Source: Candidatus Goldiibacteriota bacterium (lineage in GTDB: Bacteria; Oederibacteriota; PGYV01; DSYL01). Taken from it: a stretch of DNA of 64,000 nucleotides. The stretch covers positions 1,732-65,731 of the forward strand of contig JAGNJD010000002.1 in assembly GCA_018000835.1 (NCBI GenBank), read 5' to 3'. Positions 61,539-64,000 of this stretch are shown here, one piece after another. Numbering within the stretch: the stretch's first letter is position 1; each line of letters begins with the position of its first letter. A model generated the notes under the pieces. That model saw only the letters and a program-made list of their open reading frames with translations. It did not search any database and had not been told where the DNA came from. The position numbers and the translations under genes were made by a program.

Positions 61539-63387
61539 AAACGTCTATTTTTTCCTGCTTCCCTTTTATTAATATATTTTCATATTTCCTCACTTTTACA
61601 AAATCTTTCACCTGCTCATAAGTCGTCTCACTTATCAAAAACTGAGTGTCGAGTTCCTTGTTTAATGATTCCAATCTTGACGCCAGATTTACGGTATCGC
61701 CTATTACTGTATATTCCATCCTCTTTAAAGAACCCATGTTACCTGCAACGGCAATGCCCGTATTTATACCTATACCTATTTTAAATTCATGTTTTCCTTC
61801 CTTTTTCCATCCGGCGTTTAACTGTTCCAGTTTTTTAAGCATTAAAAATCCGGTTTTTACTGCCCTTAAAGCATGGTCTTTCTGAAATCCAGGTGTGCCA
61901 AATATTGCCATCACCGCGTCACCGATAAACTTATCAAGGGTTCCACCGTTACTGAATATTGCATCCGTCATTTCAGACAAATATTCGTTTAACATTGCTA
62001 CGACTTCTTCCGGAGTTAATTTCTCAGACATAGAGGTAAAATTTCTTATGTCGGAAAACAAGACGGTTATTTCTTTTCTTTCACCGCCGAGTTTTATGTC
62101 TTCGCTCTTTATCAATTCTTCAACTACGTTTGACGAAAGATATTTTGAAAATATGTTTTTTATTTTTCTTTTCTCTCTTTCCTCAACTCCGACTTTATAA
62201 GTGGAAATTGCAAGACAACAGAGAACCATGGAAAATACGGGATTAACAAAATCAATGATGTAGTTATGCGAATTAAAAAGATAGGTCGCAACAAAAAAAT
62301 AAATAAGAATTTCAAAGACAACTACTATCAATCCATGCCATGCTTTTATGTTAAATATCAAAAAACTCGTTAATATTCCGATGGTTAAAACAAGCAATAA
62401 TCCTATGCCGGGTTCCATTCTTTTTAAATATTGACCTGAAAAAATCGTATTAATTACGTTAGCGTGTATTTCAACCCCCGGCATCAACACCGTAGTTTTT
62501 GCAGTGCCTCCGTCAGGTAATTCTATCTCATCCATTGAAAAAGAAGTTAAAAAAACGTCGTGTAAAAGTTCCGCCGTGGAACCAATCAATACTATTTTAT
62601 TTTTAAAAACATTTGTATCTATGTCATTTCCATAATAAACTTTATAAAACGGGACGACGTTAAACGTCCCTGCCGGTCCTGAAAAATTTATTATGCACAG
62701 ATTGCCCTTGTAAAGCGGAATATTCATTTTTCCCCATGTCAATCTGTCGTTTCCTATTTTTAAATCGTCTGCTTTTAATCCATAATATAAACCTATGGAC
62801 TTTAACGCCATTGAATAAAAAATTTCTTCTCCTGTTTCAAGGAACAAATACGTCTCTCTTATGTAAGAATCAGTTTCAGAAAATTTGTGATGGATAAGGC
62901 CTATATCAAATGCTGCGTCTTTTAATTCCTTTATCGGATATAGAATTCTGGTTGCAGTACCTTTGCCCGTATTTTCCTGCAATATGGCAAGCCCAAGTAT
63001 CACGTTCCCTGCTTTTTTTATGGACCTGGCAAAAATTTTATCTTCGTTGGGATCTTTTGCAGTTGGTTCGGAAAAGACCATGTCAAAAACAATCGCCTTT
63101 GCACCCCATTTTTTTAAATTATCCACAACTTTTGCATAAAACGTTCTGGGCCACATCCAGCGTTCCGGCATGTTTGCAAACGAAGAATCATCAATTCCAA
63201 CAATTACAACCGGAGCCGAGGGTTTCACTTCACCCCTTAAATTAAACCTCCAGTCAATGGAACGCGATTCAAGAGTATTAAAAAGTCCGGTTGACGTAAT
63301 TATGATTGCAAAAATGGTTGCAATAATTCCTATTATAAATATTATTCTTTTGCTGTGTTTTTTAATTTTTTTTTCTTTCATTTCCAC
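61513..63387 (-). CDS. CHASE2 sensor-domain adenylate/guanylate cyclase (class III)
   Basis: N-terminal TM, periplasmic CHASE2 domain (SIDWRF...VVIVGIDDSSF...), three TM helices, then a class III cyclase domain (EITVLFSDIRNFTSMSE...FIGDAVMAIFG...). Confidence 0.85.
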   Translation of the reverse strand: MEMKEKKIKKHSKRIIFIIGIIATIFAIIITSTGLFNTLESRSIDWRFNLRGEVKPSAPVVIVGIDDSSFANMPERWMWPRTFYAKVVDNLKKWGAKAIVFDMVFSEPTAKDPNEDKIFARSIKKAGNVILGLAILQENTGKGTATRILYPIKELKDAAFDIGLIHHKFSETDSYIRETYLFLETGEEIFYSMALKSIGLYYGLKADDLKIGNDRLTWGKMNIPLYKGNLCIINFSGPAGTFNVVPFYKVYYGNDIDTNVFKNKIVLIGSTAELLHDVFLTSFSMDEIELPDGGTAKTTVLMPGVEIHANVINTIFSGQYLKRMEPGIGLLLVLTIGILTSFLIFNIKAWHGLIVVVFEILIYFFVATYLFNSHNYIIDFVNPVFSMVLCCLAISTYKVGVEEREKRKIKNIFSKYLSSNVVEELIKSEDIKLGGERKEITVLFSDIRNFTSMSEKLTPEEVVAMLNEYLSEMTDAIFSNGGTLDKFIGDAVMAIFGTPGFQKDHALRAVKTGFLMLKKLEQLNAGWKKEGKHEFKIGIGINTGIAVAGNMGSLKRMEYTVIGDTVNLASRLESLNKELDTQFLISETTYEQVKDFVKVRKYENILIKGKQEKIDVYEVLDLIR

Positions 63388-63428
63388 CCTTGAATTTTGA
63401 ATTTGTGTCCATAAAACATGTTTATTTC

Positions 63429-63505
63429 TGGCGTGCCCGGGGAGATTCGAACTCCCGACCCACAGCTTAGAAGGCTGTTGCTCTATCCAGCTGAGCTACG
63501 GGCAC
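63429..63505 (-). tRNA. tRNA-Arg (anticodon TCT)
   Basis: Minus-sense gtgcccgtagctcagctggatagagcaacagccttctaagctgtgggtcgggagttcgaatctccccgggcacgcca. Anticodon loop cuUCUaa. CCA encoded. Confidence 0.85.
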
Positions 63506-63533
63506 ACTATATTTTACTTTTCTGTTCGTTAAA

Positions 63534-63609
63534 TGGCGCGCCTGGAGGGAATCGAACCCCCGCACAAGGCTCCGGAGGCCTATGCTCTAATCCACTGAGC
63601 TACAGGCGC
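63534..63609 (-). tRNA. tRNA-Arg (anticodon CCG)
   Basis: Minus-sense gcgcctgtagctcagtggattagagcataggcctccggagccttgtgcgggggttcgattccctccaggcgcgcca. Anticodon loop cuCCGga. CCA encoded. Confidence 0.8.
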
Positions 63610-63670
63610 TTGTTTTGTTTCTGTCTTTTCTTCTCTTAATCTACTTTCTCTTCTCTTTTTTCCTTTACTA

Positions 63671-63866
63671 ACCTGTTGGAGGGAATCGGTCACCTCGCGA
63701 AACGCTCCCGCGTTTCGCTCCGCGACCCCCTCGCTCGCTGTCGCTATCTCGCTATTCCTCGCTATTCGCTCGGCGCTCGCTCGCCTTTCGCCCTTTCAGG
63801 GCTTTCAGCCCCCTTACAAAACTCCCGAGGCCTATGCTCTAATCCACTGAGCTACAGGCGCTTGTT
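63671..63866 (-). other. tRNA-Arg(CCG)-derived element: intact 5' half (nt 1-38) and T-loop/3' segment separated by a ~140-nt GC-rich structured insertion
   Basis: 63826-63866 equals the 5' half of the adjacent tRNA-Arg(CCG) with one base change. 63671-63687 (cctgttggagggaatcg) resembles its T-arm/3' part. 63688-63825 is ~65% GC with perfect hairpins (gcgaaacgc-tccc-gcgtttcgc, gggct-gaaa-gccc). The start of a second copy is at 63913-64000. Confidence 0.4.
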
Positions 63867-64000
63867 TTCCTATTCTTATTGCTTTTTTATTTTACTTTTC
63901 TTTCTCTCTTTACTAACCTGTTGGAGGGAATCGGTCACCTCGCGAAACGCTCCCGCGTTTCGCTCCGCGACCCCCTCGCTCGCTGTCGCTACCTCGCTAT

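Noticed and set aside
63671-63866. tmRNA, or a tRNA gene with a group I intron, as explanations for the tRNA-like plus GC-rich unit
   Set aside because: There is no tag-peptide reading frame ending in ALAA-like residues and no pseudoknot-sized body, since the insert is only ~140 nt. It is also too short and lacks P/Q/R/S-like elements obvious by eye for a group I intron. The flanks cannot reconstitute a full tRNA after excision. It is left as an unresolved structured insertion.

Overview
This is an AT-rich (~33% GC) bacterial chromosome segment, probably from an anaerobic FCB-superphylum or candidate-phylum organism. The evidence is several large secreted proteins ending in a T9SS/FlgD-Ig-like C-terminal sorting domain, a PPi-dependent phosphofructokinase and a class III (anaerobic) ribonucleotide reductase. 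Clearly recognisable core genes are pnp-rpsO, a tRNA-Leu-tig-clpP-clpX-lon cluster, uvrB, pyrF-pyrE, pfp, nrdD/nrdG, a sigma-54 activator and a CHASE2 adenylate cyclase. A cell-envelope set comprises a giant GT-C-like membrane protein, a PAP2 phosphatase, a polysaccharide deacetylase, and a Wzy-like ligase with a GT1 transferase and a Wzx flippase. An accessory stretch at roughly 21-38 kb encodes secreted glycoside-hydrolase, Kelch/PPC and beta-propeller proteins, outer-membrane/TPR partner proteins, an IS3 transposase relic and a possibly truncated YfhO-like gene. Five intergenic regions are filled with three families of non-coding repeats: a twin-hairpin ~85-nt unit, a ~220-bp element with 26-bp terminal inverted repeats, and a 55-bp module. 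The most unusual items are (i) a tRNA-Arg tandem region at the window end in which tRNA-Arg(CCG)-derived copies carry a ~140-nt strongly GC-rich structured insertion, repeated with a ~242-bp period; (ii) a class III RNR whose glycyl-radical motif sits on a separate small ORF with its own RBS, downstream of several NrdR-box-like palindromes; (iii) the repeat families themselves. No CRISPR array, cas genes, prophage or obvious defence island was seen.
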